A stretch of DNA of 64,000 nt from Nitrosopumilaceae archaeon. GTDB lineage: Archaea; Thermoproteota; Nitrososphaeria; Nitrososphaerales; Nitrosopumilaceae. Of this stretch, positions 50,410-61,692 are shown piece by piece. The DNA is taken from the NCBI GenBank assembly GCA_965207375.1, contig OZ242274.1, forward strand, positions 1,216,001 through 1,280,000, read 5' to 3'. Made by a program: the position numbers and the translations under genes. Under the pieces are notes generated by a model. The model did not search any database. It saw only the letters and a program-made list of their open reading frames with translations, and was not told the DNA's origin. Every line of letters starts with the position of its first letter. The stretch's first letter is position 1.

Positions 50410-50516
50410 TTACGAGGAAATCATCAATCGTAGAGCGATTGAATGAAAAGAAAAGGGAAAAGATCAAATGTTATTGCCCATGGTAGATGCCATGGATATT
50501 TCCTCGTCCTTTTTTT
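50410..50516 (+). ncRNA. Candidate structured small RNA
   Basis: Closing stem acgaggaaat/atttcctcgt, two internal hairpins, TATA-like ttatatat at 50379-50386, T7 run at 50510-50516. Confidence 0.5.
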
Positions 50517-50940
50517 ACAATTAAATTTGTGTGATGTTTAGAATCTGCAGAGTTTACACATGATAATTTTAAAAAATAATGAAACCAAAATGCGTGCAAG
50601 CATGACGCCATAATAATGGCATTTTATGATTCTGATATTTTTTAAATTTACTATATGCTGATGAATAAATCCTGCTATTTGTTAATCCTGTATAATGTAC
50701 GAGTATTCTTTCATAGGCTGAATTATGCCTCCAATGAATCTTAATGCCAAATCTGTAGGAAAACGGTATTGATACTGTGTTTTATCTTGATGTATTACAA
50801 TATATTTTGTATAATGTAACTATTTAGATCGCAATAAACTAGCTGTTTCTTTGCTAGTTGCAGCATAATCAGAGCCATCGCTGTATCCAGAAAATTCACT
50901 AACTGTATGATTATATAATCAATAAATATTTAGTTACGGT

Positions 50941-51792
50941 ATGCTTCACTTGACAGACCCCGTTACCAATTATGGAAACTTGATGTCCTACAAGTTTTAC
51001 ATCCGACCTGCAGCACATGCACAGTTTGGCTATATTGCAAAAGTCAAATCAAAGCATCAAAAAAATGTACATCATGTATTGCGTTTGTTATTCATTCATG
51101 GGGCCTGCACCACCTGGGATATGGCAAAGATACGTCTTAATAACACCAATGAGATTCGAGAAAAGGAAAGGGAATACCGGCGACTCTTTGTAGGAAGAAA
51201 CGACGGCGTACGACATACAAACGGCATATTGGATCTTGGTCTCGTGATAAGGCAGGAAAAGATCATTGGAAAAAAGATTTCTTGGATATATCGACTTTCA
51301 CTGCATGGAATTTTGTACTGTCTAGATGTATTAGAGCCTACAAAAAAGGATATTGACACAATGGCATCAAAGTATGCTGCATCACTACCTATGATATTTG
51401 GAAGGTGGGATGTGTTAAAATCTTTTCTGGGAGATGACGTATACAGATTGAGTGTGCTTTCAAAGGCACTCTTTTTGGATAACGCTACGACCACATCTGA
51501 CACATCTAATCCTCTGCATGAACTTATGACTTTTGTTCATATAAAATACAAAAAACATTTTGATTTAATATCTGAGCAGGACTTGGCAGAACAGATAGCA
51601 TATTGGTTTTACACATATATGCGATACTATATACATCCAAAATCTAAAAAAACTTTGAGCAGTAACGGTAAGATAAAAAAGATGTTCATGCAGGATCCGC
51701 ACCTTCACAAATGGTACGTGAAATTTTTCAAAGATGCCAAAGCCTATTACAAGCAGAGACTTTATACTATGAATTCTGTAACCTCGCCTTAG
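50941..51792 (+). CDS. Hypothetical protein, probable winged-helix regulator
   Basis: GACTTWDMAK, YRRLFVGR, YRLSLHGILYCL; convergent with the two-component pair. Confidence 0.75.
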   Translation: MLHLTDPVTNYGNLMSYKFYIRPAAHAQFGYIAKVKSKHQKNVHHVLRLLFIHGACTTWDMAKIRLNNTNEIREKEREYRRLFVGRNDGVRHTNGILDLGLVIRQEKIIGKKISWIYRLSLHGILYCLDVLEPTKKDIDTMASKYAASLPMIFGRWDVLKSFLGDDVYRLSVLSKALFLDNATTTSDTSNPLHELMTFVHIKYKKHFDLISEQDLAEQIAYWFYTYMRYYIHPKSKKTLSSNGKIKKMFMQDPHLHKWYVKFFKDAKAYYKQRLYTMNSVTSP

Positions 51793-51798
51793 TAAATT

Positions 51799-52164
51799 TT
51801 ATTTTGCATGTCTTATTATCATTCTTTCAAGGTCTGGCCAATTTATGGGCTTGTTGATAAGTCCTGCAAGAGATCTTTTTTTGGCATATTTGTATTTCTC
51901 GTCATCTAGTGCATAGCTTGATGTAAGAACAACACGTGCATTGCAGTCGCGCTTTTGAATACTCAAAAATGTATCATAACCGTCTATCCCTGGCATTCTA
52001 ATGTCCATAAATACAATATCGGGCCGAAACTCAAAATATTTTGTTATAGCCTCTGCTCCATTTGCTGCACCTACTGTAATGTATCCGTCGTCAGCTAGTA
52101 CAAGCTGGCATGACTCTCGAACCTCATAATCATCATCGACTATCAGTATCTTTTTGGACTTCAT
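51799..52164 (-). CDS. Stand-alone response-regulator receiver
   Basis: ILIVDDD, PDIVFMDIRMPGIDG, NKP. Confidence 0.95.
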   Translation of the reverse strand: MKSKKILIVDDDYEVRESCQLVLADDGYITVGAANGAEAITKYFEFRPDIVFMDIRMPGIDGYDTFLSIQKRDCNARVVLTSSYALDDEKYKYAKKRSLAGLINKPINWPDLERMIIRHAK

Positions 52165-53411
52165 TGTTCCTCCTGTATTTTTGGAAGATGCACTGTAAAT
52201 GTCACGGGGTTGTTTTGTACCGTGATGCTTCCACCGTGGGACTTGAGTATGTTTTTACAGCTTGCCAAGCCCAGACCTGTACCTTGTAGCCGTGTGGTGT
52301 ATAGCGGTTCAAATATCTTGGTAATGTTTTCTTCAGGTATGGACGGTCCAGAGTCCTCAAACTTCATTATGATATTGTTGTTATCTTCTGTCAGTCTTAT
52401 TGTTATGTTCCCTGTTTTACTGTCAATTGCATCTATTGCGTTTCTTATAATGTTTGCAAAGACGACTTGGATCTTTTCACGGTCACATTGCACCTCTATG
52501 TCATTTTCTGGAATCACCATCGTAACATTTTCTGGAATATCTATCATCTCAATGGATTGCTTCAAAATGCCCCGTATGGATTCTTCTGTTACTGCGATCG
52601 GTACTGTCCGTACATAATTCATGACCTCTTCTATTTGGTGTGACATCCTATTTATACATCGATCCACCCTTGTAATCTCGTATTTGATGACATTATTTCC
52701 CTCATTGTGAGTATGAATTCTTTTCACAGAGTTTTTCATTGCTCCAAGCGGATTTTTTAGATTGTGCGCCATAGAAGCTGCAAACTCTCCTATGGTGACA
52801 AGTTTTTGTTCCTTTATTGTTTTTTCTGTATACCTGCTAAATATTTTCCAGATCATTGTGATCATGAAAATATGTGTTATGACGTTGATTATGCCAAGTA
52901 TTATCTGTAAAGTTATCAATTCAGCTGACAGCATGTCGACTTTATGTCCGAGTTTTTCTGTAAGTTCATCAGATAGTTCAATTAGCTCTTGACCTGCCTG
53001 TTCTATATTTGCAATGTCTGTATCGTATATTGTGTCTTGTTTTATGACATACAATATGTCCGTTTTGTATTTCCCAAACTTTTCCCACATGATGTTCCAG
53101 TCTGTATCAAACTGTGCAGGGAACCTAGATTCCTCCATCTGTGTTGGCGCGATATGCATCCTTAGTATTTCCATATTATCTGATAGTATCCTGATGGACT
53201 CTAGTACCTCATCTTGCGTTTGGTTGTACACGAGTGTATGATGCATCTCCAATAGAACCGTGCTGGTAAGAACTCTATTTTTACCTGAGATGTTTACGAT
53301 CTTTCCTGCTAGACTATTTTGAGATTCAAAGTGCACAATTACTAAAAAGCTTACAATAATCAAGACTATTTGTAGCGATACTAGTATAATTACCCTGTTT
53401 GTCGCCTTCAT
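52161..53411 (-). CDS. Membrane sensor histidine kinase
   Basis: Two TM helices; AHNLKNPL H-box, NIIRNAIDA, DSGP, GTGLGL. Confidence 0.95.
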   Translation of the reverse strand: MKATNRVIILVSLQIVLIIVSFLVIVHFESQNSLAGKIVNISGKNRVLTSTVLLEMHHTLVYNQTQDEVLESIRILSDNMEILRMHIAPTQMEESRFPAQFDTDWNIMWEKFGKYKTDILYVIKQDTIYDTDIANIEQAGQELIELSDELTEKLGHKVDMLSAELITLQIILGIINVITHIFMITMIWKIFSRYTEKTIKEQKLVTIGEFAASMAHNLKNPLGAMKNSVKRIHTHNEGNNVIKYEITRVDRCINRMSHQIEEVMNYVRTVPIAVTEESIRGILKQSIEMIDIPENVTMVIPENDIEVQCDREKIQVVFANIIRNAIDAIDSKTGNITIRLTEDNNNIIMKFEDSGPSIPEENITKIFEPLYTTRLQGTGLGLASCKNILKSHGGSITVQNNPVTFTVHLPKIQEEQ

Positions 53412-53740
53412 GCTAAATGTTGGTTTAGGAGGTAAAAATCCTTGTCGGTGTTTGTAGTATAATGCCTAATTATGGGGTAGATCGATTTTGTGTAAACGTG
53501 TACATAAAATACACAAGATGTGATTTTGACGTACAATTTAAGCGTGGCACTTTGAGTTCGATCTACCTTATGACTAGTGCAATCCTTGCATAAACTAAAA
53601 GTGTGATAAATTTTACGCCTTAAATTTGCACCGTATACATATCAACAGGTAATGAATTTCTACCCTGTACAACCAAATCATGTTTGTATCCAAGATAAAA
53701 AGAATTCAAAGGCAAAAGAAATGCTTTTGATATGTGGTAT

Positions 53741-53833
53741 TTGTCAACGTTGTTTTGAATTTCTGGTAATTTTAGACATGAAATTACTTTGCCGTCAAAA
53801 AATAAAATATAATTCCAGGTGTGACCTCAACAC
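53741..53833 (-). repeat. ~92-bp dispersed repeat, copy B
   Basis: Reverse complement gtgttgaggtcacacctggaattatattttattttttgacggcaaagtaatttcatgtctaaaattaccagaaattcaaaacaacgttgaca aligns with copy A. Confidence 0.8.
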
Positions 53834-53928
53834 TTGCGATATGTGTATCAAGAATAACTTTAACTAGTTTACATTATGTATGATTTTTTTTATTTCGCTT
53901 CCAAGTGATTATGTGAAAAGTACGGCAA

Positions 53929-54020
53929 TTGTTACCTTTGATTTGAAATTCTGATAATTTTAGGCATAAAATTGCTTTACAATCGCAAAAATAAAAAAAA
54001 GCCTAGGCGTGTGGTTAACC
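53929..54020 (-). repeat. ~92-bp dispersed repeat, copy C (diverged)
   Basis: Reverse complement ggttaaccacacgcctaggc...aattttatgcctaaaattatcagaatttcaaatcaaaggtaaca. Confidence 0.65.
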
Positions 54021-54574
54021 TTTGCAAACATTGACATGCGCGTTTCTTCAGAAAATGGTTTTTCTTTCTAAAATTATCATGTGTCGTTTAAAATTAATGA
54101 CATGTGTGATAAGAATTTCTAGAACTTGAATGTTGGTTCAGTAAGGTATAGGTATTTGATGTAAATTATGTGATGATCTAGTCATCTAGAGCATATAATT
54201 GCAAGCTTGTCTCTGTGAATTACCTCTTGTAATGTAGTCAAAAGAAGAATTTAGTATGTGTAATTTTATGTGTGTTGTGAGATTTTTATATATCGTACTA
54301 GGTAAGCATAAATCATCTCAAGAATTTAAAAAAACTAGTGTGACTATGCATTATTTCAAAAAGAACTTATGGTACTTGTACAAAAGGCATATTCATAATG
54401 GAGTGGAACAAAAAAAAGTATTTAATTATCAATTCTAAAATCATTCTAAAAATTTTATTTCACAAGATCACATTCCTGTTAAAGATTTTGATACAGAAAA
54501 TTTCTCTGTGTACATCTAGGATTGTATAACAAATAAAAAAATAATCTAAACATGTAGAGAATAAAAAATCTTAA

Positions 54575-54665
54575 CTGTTAACGTTGTGTCTAGATTTTTA
54601 TTTTATTTTTTTAAAAAATAATTTTGTGTTTTAAAATTATCATGAATTCAAAACAATGTTAACAG
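54575..54665 (+). repeat. ~92-bp dispersed repeat, copy D
   Basis: ctgttaacgttgtgtctagatttttattttatttttt...aaaattatcatgaattcaaaacaatgttaacag. Confidence 0.8.
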
Positions 54666-54944
54666 ATACAAAACAGATCATGTACTTGTTTGCCTCATGC
54701 TTAATTTTTCAATTATATCATCATGTGTTCACAAATTAACTCTTACGTGAAAGTACCATAAGCATTCTACAAAAAACAATTATGGTTCGTTATTTGTACC
54801 AGATGTTATTACAAAAAGAAGCATGCCGTAATTCAATATATGTCCTTATATCACCGTACATGATAGGTGAAAATAATGACAAATGATAAAACTCAACTGG
54901 CAATTCAGACACTTGCCTGGTCTATCTCATTTTAGGTGTACCTC

Positions 54945-56516
54945 ATGAAACTTGCTTCTAGTGCTATAATTTTGGCAACATTGCTTGTAACAAGTGCTGT
55001 ATTTGCAGCATCTCCTGTAGCATTTGCACTTCACAACGGTGACCACTCTGGCCATCCAACTATTGATAAAACCATACCACCACAGCTAAACCTTAATTCA
55101 AAATCACGTGAGCTGACAGTCACCTTTGATAGGGCAATTGTACAAGGCAACGTTGATCCTTCAGAAATAACAATATACGATAAAAGATATAGATCCAGCA
55201 TCTCTCTTGATAATGCCAAGGTAACTCATGACAGTGACAAAAAAATAACCATTACACTATCACAAAGTCAGGCAAACACCGTAAAGTCATTTGATACGAA
55301 CAAAGATTATGTTTCAGTAGAGGGTCCCGATGGTAAATTTACCTCTAAAATTGAGAATTCTGTGCCGTTTGTAGTCATGAAACGTGCAATTTGGGACGAT
55401 GAAACGTACGTATATGGCAAAACCACATATTTTTCACTCAAAATTGTAGATATCGTACCGCTACTCCCATCTGAGGATTCACAAAAACAAATTGCCGCAC
55501 TTGAGGCAAAAAATACAAAATTATCTAGCGATATACTTGACCTTCAAAACGAGATATCAACACTAGAATATCAGATACTCTTACTGTCTACAACACCTTC
55601 TACTATCCTTACAGAATACGCCGAATTACAAAGTAAGGTCAAAACTCTAGAGGCAGAAAAGATCACACTACAAAACAAAATTACAGCACTATCTACAGCA
55701 CCTAACACTCTTGCTACAGAAAATGCACAATTACAAAACAAAGTAACCACACTAGAGACACAAAACGCCAATCTGCAAAACAAAACCGCTACTCTAGAGG
55801 CAGAAAAGATCACACTACAAAACAAAATTACAGCACTATCTACAGCACCTAACACTCTTGCTACAGAAAATGCACAATTACAAAACAAAGTAACCACACT
55901 AGAGACACAAAACGCCAATCTGCAAAACAAAACCGCTACTCTAGAGGCAGAAAAGATCACACTACAAAACAAAATTACAGCACTATCTACAGCACCTAAC
56001 ACTCTTGCTACAGAAAATGCACAATTACAAAACAAAGTAACCACACTAGAGACACAAAACGCCAATCTGCAAAACAAAACCGCTACTCTAGAGGCAGAAA
56101 AATCTACATTACAGAGTCAGATAACTGCACTACAGAGTCAAGTAACTTCACTTCAGAGCAAAATCACAACACTAGAAACAGAAAACACCAACCTAAAAAA
56201 TAATGTAATAATACCTGTTGTAGAAGACCAGCAACAACCACAAAATACAACACAAAATATACCACAGCAACAACCTGAACCAATACCAACACCTGAAATA
56301 GATCCGACCTTAATTGAAGATGTAAAATACCTTGCATCACAAACCCATCATGGTAACCAACATGTAGATAGATGGAACAGAGTGCTTGCAGCATTTGGAG
56401 AAATAGAACATGACAATCCGATGACTGCAGCCGAAGCTGAGGCTAATACCAAAAAGTATTCTAGTCCACTCTGGCATCAGATAGCAGACATCCTGAAAAA
56501 ATTAGAGGCTACATAG
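54945..56516 (+). CDS. Secreted coiled-coil stalk protein with the shared C-terminal domain
   Basis: Signal peptide ending VAFA; Ig-like (Big_5-type) N-region; long heptad coiled coil; P/Q linker; HVDRWNRVLAAFG...HDNPMTAAEA...LWHQIA domain. Confidence 0.88.
   Translation: MKLASSAIILATLLVTSAVFAASPVAFALHNGDHSGHPTIDKTIPPQLNLNSKSRELTVTFDRAIVQGNVDPSEITIYDKRYRSSISLDNAKVTHDSDKKITITLSQSQANTVKSFDTNKDYVSVEGPDGKFTSKIENSVPFVVMKRAIWDDETYVYGKTTYFSLKIVDIVPLLPSEDSQKQIAALEAKNTKLSSDILDLQNEISTLEYQILLLSTTPSTILTEYAELQSKVKTLEAEKITLQNKITALSTAPNTLATENAQLQNKVTTLETQNANLQNKTATLEAEKITLQNKITALSTAPNTLATENAQLQNKVTTLETQNANLQNKTATLEAEKITLQNKITALSTAPNTLATENAQLQNKVTTLETQNANLQNKTATLEAEKSTLQSQITALQSQVTSLQSKITTLETENTNLKNNVIIPVVEDQQQPQNTTQNIPQQQPEPIPTPEIDPTLIEDVKYLASQTHHGNQHVDRWNRVLAAFGEIEHDNPMTAAEAEANTKKYSSPLWHQIADILKKLEAT
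55644..56101 (+). repeat. Coding tandem repeat, 3 x 147 bp (49 aa = 7 heptads) plus a partial unit
   Basis: Units start at 55644, 55791, 55938 and 56085; the amino-acid units are identical. Confidence 0.93.
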
Positions 56517-56732
56517 TCTTGATTATAGAGCAAAAAGCACATGTGTAATGAAAAAGTGCAGGAATTACCAGAAATCATCTGCAAAATTTAGATTGTCTTG
56601 ATTATGCCAATGTCTAAACTCTGAACAATTGTATGAAAAGACAGTTTGTATCAATCTGTGTTTTGTGTAGGTGCTATAATCGGATTTGGTAAGGATTAGG
56701 AAAAACCGTTATAGTTAGAGATAAAAAGCAAG

Positions 56733-57071
56733 ATGTCTGTTCTAAATTACATGTCAGAAGTATCAGAATTTAAAATACAGCAAATCATTGACAATGGTCA
56801 GGCAGTACAGATGAATCTCATCGAAAATGTAAACACAGAGCCAATTTCACAAAAACAGATGATTATGGAGTCAGTTGCAAAAAAACTGGATTCTGAAACT
56901 AGGGAACAAGTAACTCCACTGCTAGAAGCTATTTTGCAGGCACAGCCCACAGTCAAGGTAAAAAGCTACCAGCAAACGTCGATAAATGTGGCCATGCCAA
57001 AAAACCGATATGAACGAATGGGCAGACCACAGGTTGGTGCAATTGTCGACATACAGTTAAAATCACTCTAG
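56733..57071 (+). CDS. Hypothetical protein
   Basis: 112-aa ORF; [10 protein letters not shown] motif. Confidence 0.72.
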   Translation: MSVLNYMSEVSEFKIQQIIDNGQAVQMNLIENVNTEPISQKQMIMESVAKKLDSETREQVTPLLEAILQAQPTVKVKSYQQTSINVAMPKNRYERMGRPQVGAIVDIQLKSL

Positions 57072-59090
57072 ATGGGATGTAATTTCTGATATTGATTTTA
57101 AGGGCAAAGAACAGCTAAAATTCTTACATACAAATGAAGTTGTTTGCAAGGGATCAAATTCCTTACCCTCAAAAAAGGCAATTGATTTGAGAGATTCTAG
57201 TTGCTTTGGGTTTTGAACTGAGACTAGAATCGCCTCTGGTATGTACTGTTTTGAAATTTCAAATGTTGTTTTGCCATCTGTATCTAGTATTGTGATTTCT
57301 GTTGGTTTTTGAAGATACAGGTAAATGGTATTGAGCATATATCCAAATCCAAATGGATTTTCTGCTGCCATCTGTGCCTGGGATCTGAGTATCTTCTCAG
57401 ATGTGCCAAGATAATTTTCATTTTGGGTCATATGGTATAGTCTTAGCAAGAGGTGTGAGGCAACTGAATTTCCTGAAGGTAGCGATAAATCGTAATTGTT
57501 TTTTGGACGAACTATCAAACGTTTCTGATTATCTGCAGTCATAAAGAAACTGTTACTTTGTTCATCCCAAAAGTGCTCCAACAGGTAATTGGCAAGCTCT
57601 TGTGCCTTGTTCAGATAAACTATGTCAGGACAGATTTCAAAAACATCAAGCAGGGAGCTAGCATAATACGCATAATCTTCTAGATATCCTGCGATTTTGG
57701 CATTGCCATTTTTGCAGGTACGCACAAGTGTTTTATCTTTGAATAAATTTTTCTCAATAAATGAAATACATCTTTTGGCAGCATCTAAATATCTAGAATC
57801 CCCAGTAACCCGATATCCTTTTGCAAATGCAGTAATCATCAACGCATTCCAGGAGGTCAAAATTTTGTCATCTAATCCAGGTGCAATGCGATGATTTCTT
57901 ACCTCTAGTAATTTTTGAGTGCAACGGTGCAGTAATTTTCGTATATCTTGTTCTTTTATGCCGCTTTGAAACGCCACAGTAGAAATATTTAGATTATTGC
58001 ACAGAATGGTATTGCCTTCCCAGTTGCCTCCATCAGTTACATCATAATACAGACAAAATGTTTCTGCATCATTTCCTAGGATTTGCTGTATTTCACTTTT
58101 CTTCCAGACGTAAAATTTTCCCTCTACGCCCTCTGAATCTGCATCCTGTGCAGAATAAAATCCTCCATCTGGACAGGTCATTTCACGTAAAACATAGTCT
58201 AATGTCTTTTGTAGTATTTCTAAATATACAGAGTCTTTGGTAATCTGATAGGCTTCTGCATAATTAATTGGAATCAGGGCATTGTCATAAAGCATTTTTT
58301 CAAAATGAGGAACCAGCCATCTTGCATCAGTGGAATATCTGTGAAATCCTCCTCCAATCTGATCAAATATTCCGCCACGTGCCATTTTGTTTAGAGTCTT
58401 TAATGCAAATTCTTGGAATTTGGAGATTCCAGATAATTTTGCATATTTGAACATAAAAGAAATGTTTGCAGCATTGGGAAATTTGGGAGCAGAGCCGAAT
58501 CCGCCATGAGTCGTATCGCCTAACTGTAGCAGGTTCATTGCTGCCTCATCTAAAATTGTTTTTTCAATGTCAGAGGTCTCTAGTTTTTCAGTACGGTCAA
58601 GATTCTGTATGAAATTTTCTGCAGACTGTTTTATGTCATTGGGTTTTTCCTTCCATGCCTGGGACAATTGCCCAAGTATGCTTCCAAATCCCGGTCTGCC
58701 ATATGTATCCAAAATTGGAAAGTATGTTCCTACATAAAACGGCTTTTGGTCTGGGGTCAAAAATACACTCAATGGCCAGCCTCCCTGACCTGTTGCAATT
58801 TGACATGCCTTTTGATAAATATCGTCAATATCTGGACGCTCTTCTCTGTCTACTTTGATGTTGATAAAATTTTCATTCATGACTTTGGCAATTTCCTCGT
58901 TTTCAAAGGATTCGTGAGCCATTACGTGACACCAGTGACACGAGCTATATCCGATGCTTAGGAAAATTGGTTTATTTTCATTTTTGGCCTTTTCAAGTAT
59001 ATCATCATTCCAAGAATGCCAATCTACTGGATTGTGGGCATGTTGTAAGAGGTATGGACTAGTTTCGTCAATAAGGTTGTTTTCTGCCAC
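57063..59090 (-). CDS. Thioredoxin-domain protein, YyaL/SPATA20 family
   Basis: [43 protein letters not shown]. Confidence 0.95.
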   Translation of the reverse strand: MAENNLIDETSPYLLQHAHNPVDWHSWNDDILEKAKNENKPIFLSIGYSSCHWCHVMAHESFENEEIAKVMNENFINIKVDREERPDIDDIYQKACQIATGQGGWPLSVFLTPDQKPFYVGTYFPILDTYGRPGFGSILGQLSQAWKEKPNDIKQSAENFIQNLDRTEKLETSDIEKTILDEAAMNLLQLGDTTHGGFGSAPKFPNAANISFMFKYAKLSGISKFQEFALKTLNKMARGGIFDQIGGGFHRYSTDARWLVPHFEKMLYDNALIPINYAEAYQITKDSVYLEILQKTLDYVLREMTCPDGGFYSAQDADSEGVEGKFYVWKKSEIQQILGNDAETFCLYYDVTDGGNWEGNTILCNNLNISTVAFQSGIKEQDIRKLLHRCTQKLLEVRNHRIAPGLDDKILTSWNALMITAFAKGYRVTGDSRYLDAAKRCISFIEKNLFKDKTLVRTCKNGNAKIAGYLEDYAYYASSLLDVFEICPDIVYLNKAQELANYLLEHFWDEQSNSFFMTADNQKRLIVRPKNNYDLSLPSGNSVASHLLLRLYHMTQNENYLGTSEKILRSQAQMAAENPFGFGYMLNTIYLYLQKPTEITILDTDGKTTFEISKQYIPEAILVSVQNPKQLESLKSIAFFEGKEFDPLQTTSFVCKNFSCSLPLKSISEITSHLE

Positions 59091-59439
59091 AAACTTTGTA
59101 AATTGTAATTGGTATTTGTATCTACGCTGTTTGGGTACAAGAAACTAAGTCTAATCTAGTTATGATACAGGCAAGACGAAGCTGCCTTTTTTGTATTTTC
59201 ATTTGATATAATTTGCAGTATCGCGCCACTTGATCTTGTAGATACAATATTTGAAATTATGTATAGTATGAGTTTTAATTGGACAGCCTTCAGAGACAGT
59301 CTGAGTTTATGATGTGTGGTATTGACTGTAAAAATTATGGATTTGGTATTTTTATGGATACAAAAATCTACATGTTTCAATATGACTTTTTAAAAAGTTT
59401 CAATAGAAATTATTTTGTTAAATGCGTTACATCTGGGTT

Positions 59440-59667
59440 TTAGATTCCCTCTCTTCCTTCCTCTAACTCGTAAACTCTGACATTAATTTTTGCCAGCAAT
59501 TTCATTTTGGATTTGTTTGCCTTTTTATCGTGACTGTAATCTTTTTTTTGTATTAGCTCCTCTAACCGTTTTAGCTGACTATAGTCAAGGGACTTTAAGC
59601 TTTGTTCACTGACAATTTTTAACAGAGTTACTCTTTCCATATCTTCTGAAGAGATCTTATCTGTCAT
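59440..59667 (-). CDS. Hypothetical protein
   Basis: 75-aa helical ORF. Confidence 0.65.
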   Translation of the reverse strand: MTDKISSEDMERVTLLKIVSEQSLKSLDYSQLKRLEELIQKKDYSHDKKANKSKMKLLAKINVRVYELEEGREGI

Positions 59668-60226
59668 CTCAATTCCTGTTCCAATTTACATAACGTATCA
59701 GTTACAGGAAATGATTTTTCAAGTTTGTATGTTTTAAAATTTAGTTTTTGTTTTGTTTTGGAGCATATGTTTATAGGTGTAATGTATACTGTACAGAAAT
59801 TAATTTTTTGTATTGTATTTATTCTAAAACCCTGCATTGTACACAGTATTTTGTATTGTTTGTACTGTGTGATTATGATGTTCCATGCAGTCGTAATCTG
59901 AAATCTCAAGGTTTGTAAAATATCATAAAAAACTGTTGGCAGACTATTTTCCATTATACCTTTCATGATATGGTGTTTAACAAGTACATTTTAAACTTGA
60001 ACTGATAAGCTCCTGCTAGTTTTGACTGTGTAATTGTCAAATTGTATGACACAAAGATGGTTCAAGATTCTCTCTACCGTAGAGCCTTTTCTGACTGTTT
60101 GATTTTTGAATTTATATGAAAATTTCATGTGTATCTCTGCGATCTAGTATACGTCTTTACAAAACATCAAATAACTAGCGTAAAATCAGGGTTAATCTAA
60201 TATGTGCAAAAAAGCCAGCCATCATT

Positions 60227-61264
60227 ATGTCAGAAAAAATGAGAGCCATGGTTTTAGAAAAACTAGGGCCTATAGAATCAAAACCCTTAAAGCTATCAGA
60301 AATTGAAAAACACCAAATTAAAAGACCAAACGAAATTCTAATCAAAATTCAGGCATGCGGTGTGTGCCATTCGCAATTGCATGGAATAGAGGGGGATTGG
60401 AAGGAGTTAGGAATTCCCCCACAACTTCCAACTGTCCCAGGCCATGAGGTGGTAGGCACAGTTGTCGAGATAGGAAAGGACGTAACAAAATTCAAGCTAG
60501 GAGAACGCGCAGGCATCTCGCCACTGTTGGAGGCATGTCAAAAATGCAGTTACTGCCTAGAGGGAAAGGAAAATCTATGTGAGGACTCTGAGGTTTTAGG
60601 TGAGACTCTGAGGGGTGGATATTCTGAATATGTTACAGTATCTGAGGATTTTGCAGTAAAGGTACCTGATGCCATGAATCCTGAATATGCAGCACCACTT
60701 TTTTGTGCAGGTATCACTGCCTACAAGGCAGTAAAGGCTGCCGAGCCCGAACTAGGAAAGAAGGTAGGAATTTTTGGTATAGGTGGGGTAGGACACATGG
60801 CAGTACAATTTGCCAAGGTTGAAGGATTTGATATAACTGCCATTTCAAGAACACAAAAACATCTAGATATTGCAAAAAAATTAGGTGCAACCCATACAAT
60901 AGTGTATAATCAAAATCAAGATACGGTGCTGTCTGGACTAAAAAATACTGTAGGATTACTTGATGTGGCGATTGTTTTTGCACCCTCTGATCACGTAACT
61001 GATACTGCAATAAAATCTGTAAAGAAGGGAGGTCTGATAGTAATTGCAACAATTGGACAAATCAAGGGCTTTGTTGCATTTGAAGAAAAAACAATTCGAG
61101 GCACATTGATTGGATCAATACACGACATGAAACAGGTAATCAAAATCGCACAAGAATATCATCTTGAGGTAATATCTGAGACGTATCCGCTAGAGGAGGC
61201 AAATGAGGTCCTAGAAAAACTCAAAAACTCACAAATAGACGCAAGAGCCGTCCTTGTACCGTAG
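60227..61264 (+). CDS. Zinc-dependent alcohol dehydrogenase
   Basis: ACGVCHS, PGHEVVG, C..C.YC...ENLC, GIGGVG. Confidence 0.95.
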   Translation: MSEKMRAMVLEKLGPIESKPLKLSEIEKHQIKRPNEILIKIQACGVCHSQLHGIEGDWKELGIPPQLPTVPGHEVVGTVVEIGKDVTKFKLGERAGISPLLEACQKCSYCLEGKENLCEDSEVLGETLRGGYSEYVTVSEDFAVKVPDAMNPEYAAPLFCAGITAYKAVKAAEPELGKKVGIFGIGGVGHMAVQFAKVEGFDITAISRTQKHLDIAKKLGATHTIVYNQNQDTVLSGLKNTVGLLDVAIVFAPSDHVTDTAIKSVKKGGLIVIATIGQIKGFVAFEEKTIRGTLIGSIHDMKQVIKIAQEYHLEVISETYPLEEANEVLEKLKNSQIDARAVLVP

Positions 61265-61273
61265 TGAAACATT

Positions 61274-61426
61274 ATGAACTGTCATAGATGTCATCATATG
61301 GATCGGGCTCATTTGGAATCTGATAAAAGCGATTCGTTAATGAAACTTGGACAGTGTCAGATTCCAGATTGTACCTGTAGACAATATGCTGACGGAATTC
61401 AAAAAATTGATGAGGATTTACTTTGA
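61274..61426 (+). CDS. Cys/His-rich microprotein (50 aa, not in ORF track)
   Basis: MNCHRCHHMDRAHLESDKSDSLMKLGQCQIPDCTCRQYADGIQKIDEDLL. Confidence 0.7.
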   Translation: MNCHRCHHMDRAHLESDKSDSLMKLGQCQIPDCTCRQYADGIQKIDEDLL

Positions 61427-61455
61427 TTCATATGGAATAGGGTGGAAAAAATAAC

Positions 61456-61692
61456 ATGAAAAAGCATGCACCTGCACAGGAAATGAAAAAAGATCTTGAC
61501 GACCTGCTATCAAAAATCAATGCGTTGGAGGTAATAGCTGTAGATTCACACCAGAAAGGCACAGTAAAGGTACTACGGGCACTAACTGAGGGTCAAATTC
61601 ATGCAATCAATGAATTTGAGCATCTCAAAAAGGCAATTGATCTAGTGACTCTGCAACTATTTGATGTGCAAAAAAAGATCAATTCACTTTAA
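61456..61692 (+). CDS. Hypothetical helical protein
   Basis: 78-aa ORF in co-oriented cluster. Confidence 0.72.
   Translation: MKKHAPAQEMKKDLDDLLSKINALEVIAVDSHQKGTVKVLRALTEGQIHAINEFEHLKKAIDLVTLQLFDVQKKINSL

Noticed and set aside
55571-56077. 168-aa Cys-rich repetitive ORF on the minus strand
   Set aside because: Antisense shadow of the 147-bp coiled-coil repeat
59156-59966. ORF-track calls 59156-59380 and 59664-59966
   Set aside because: Low-complexity AT-rich frames without protein-like features
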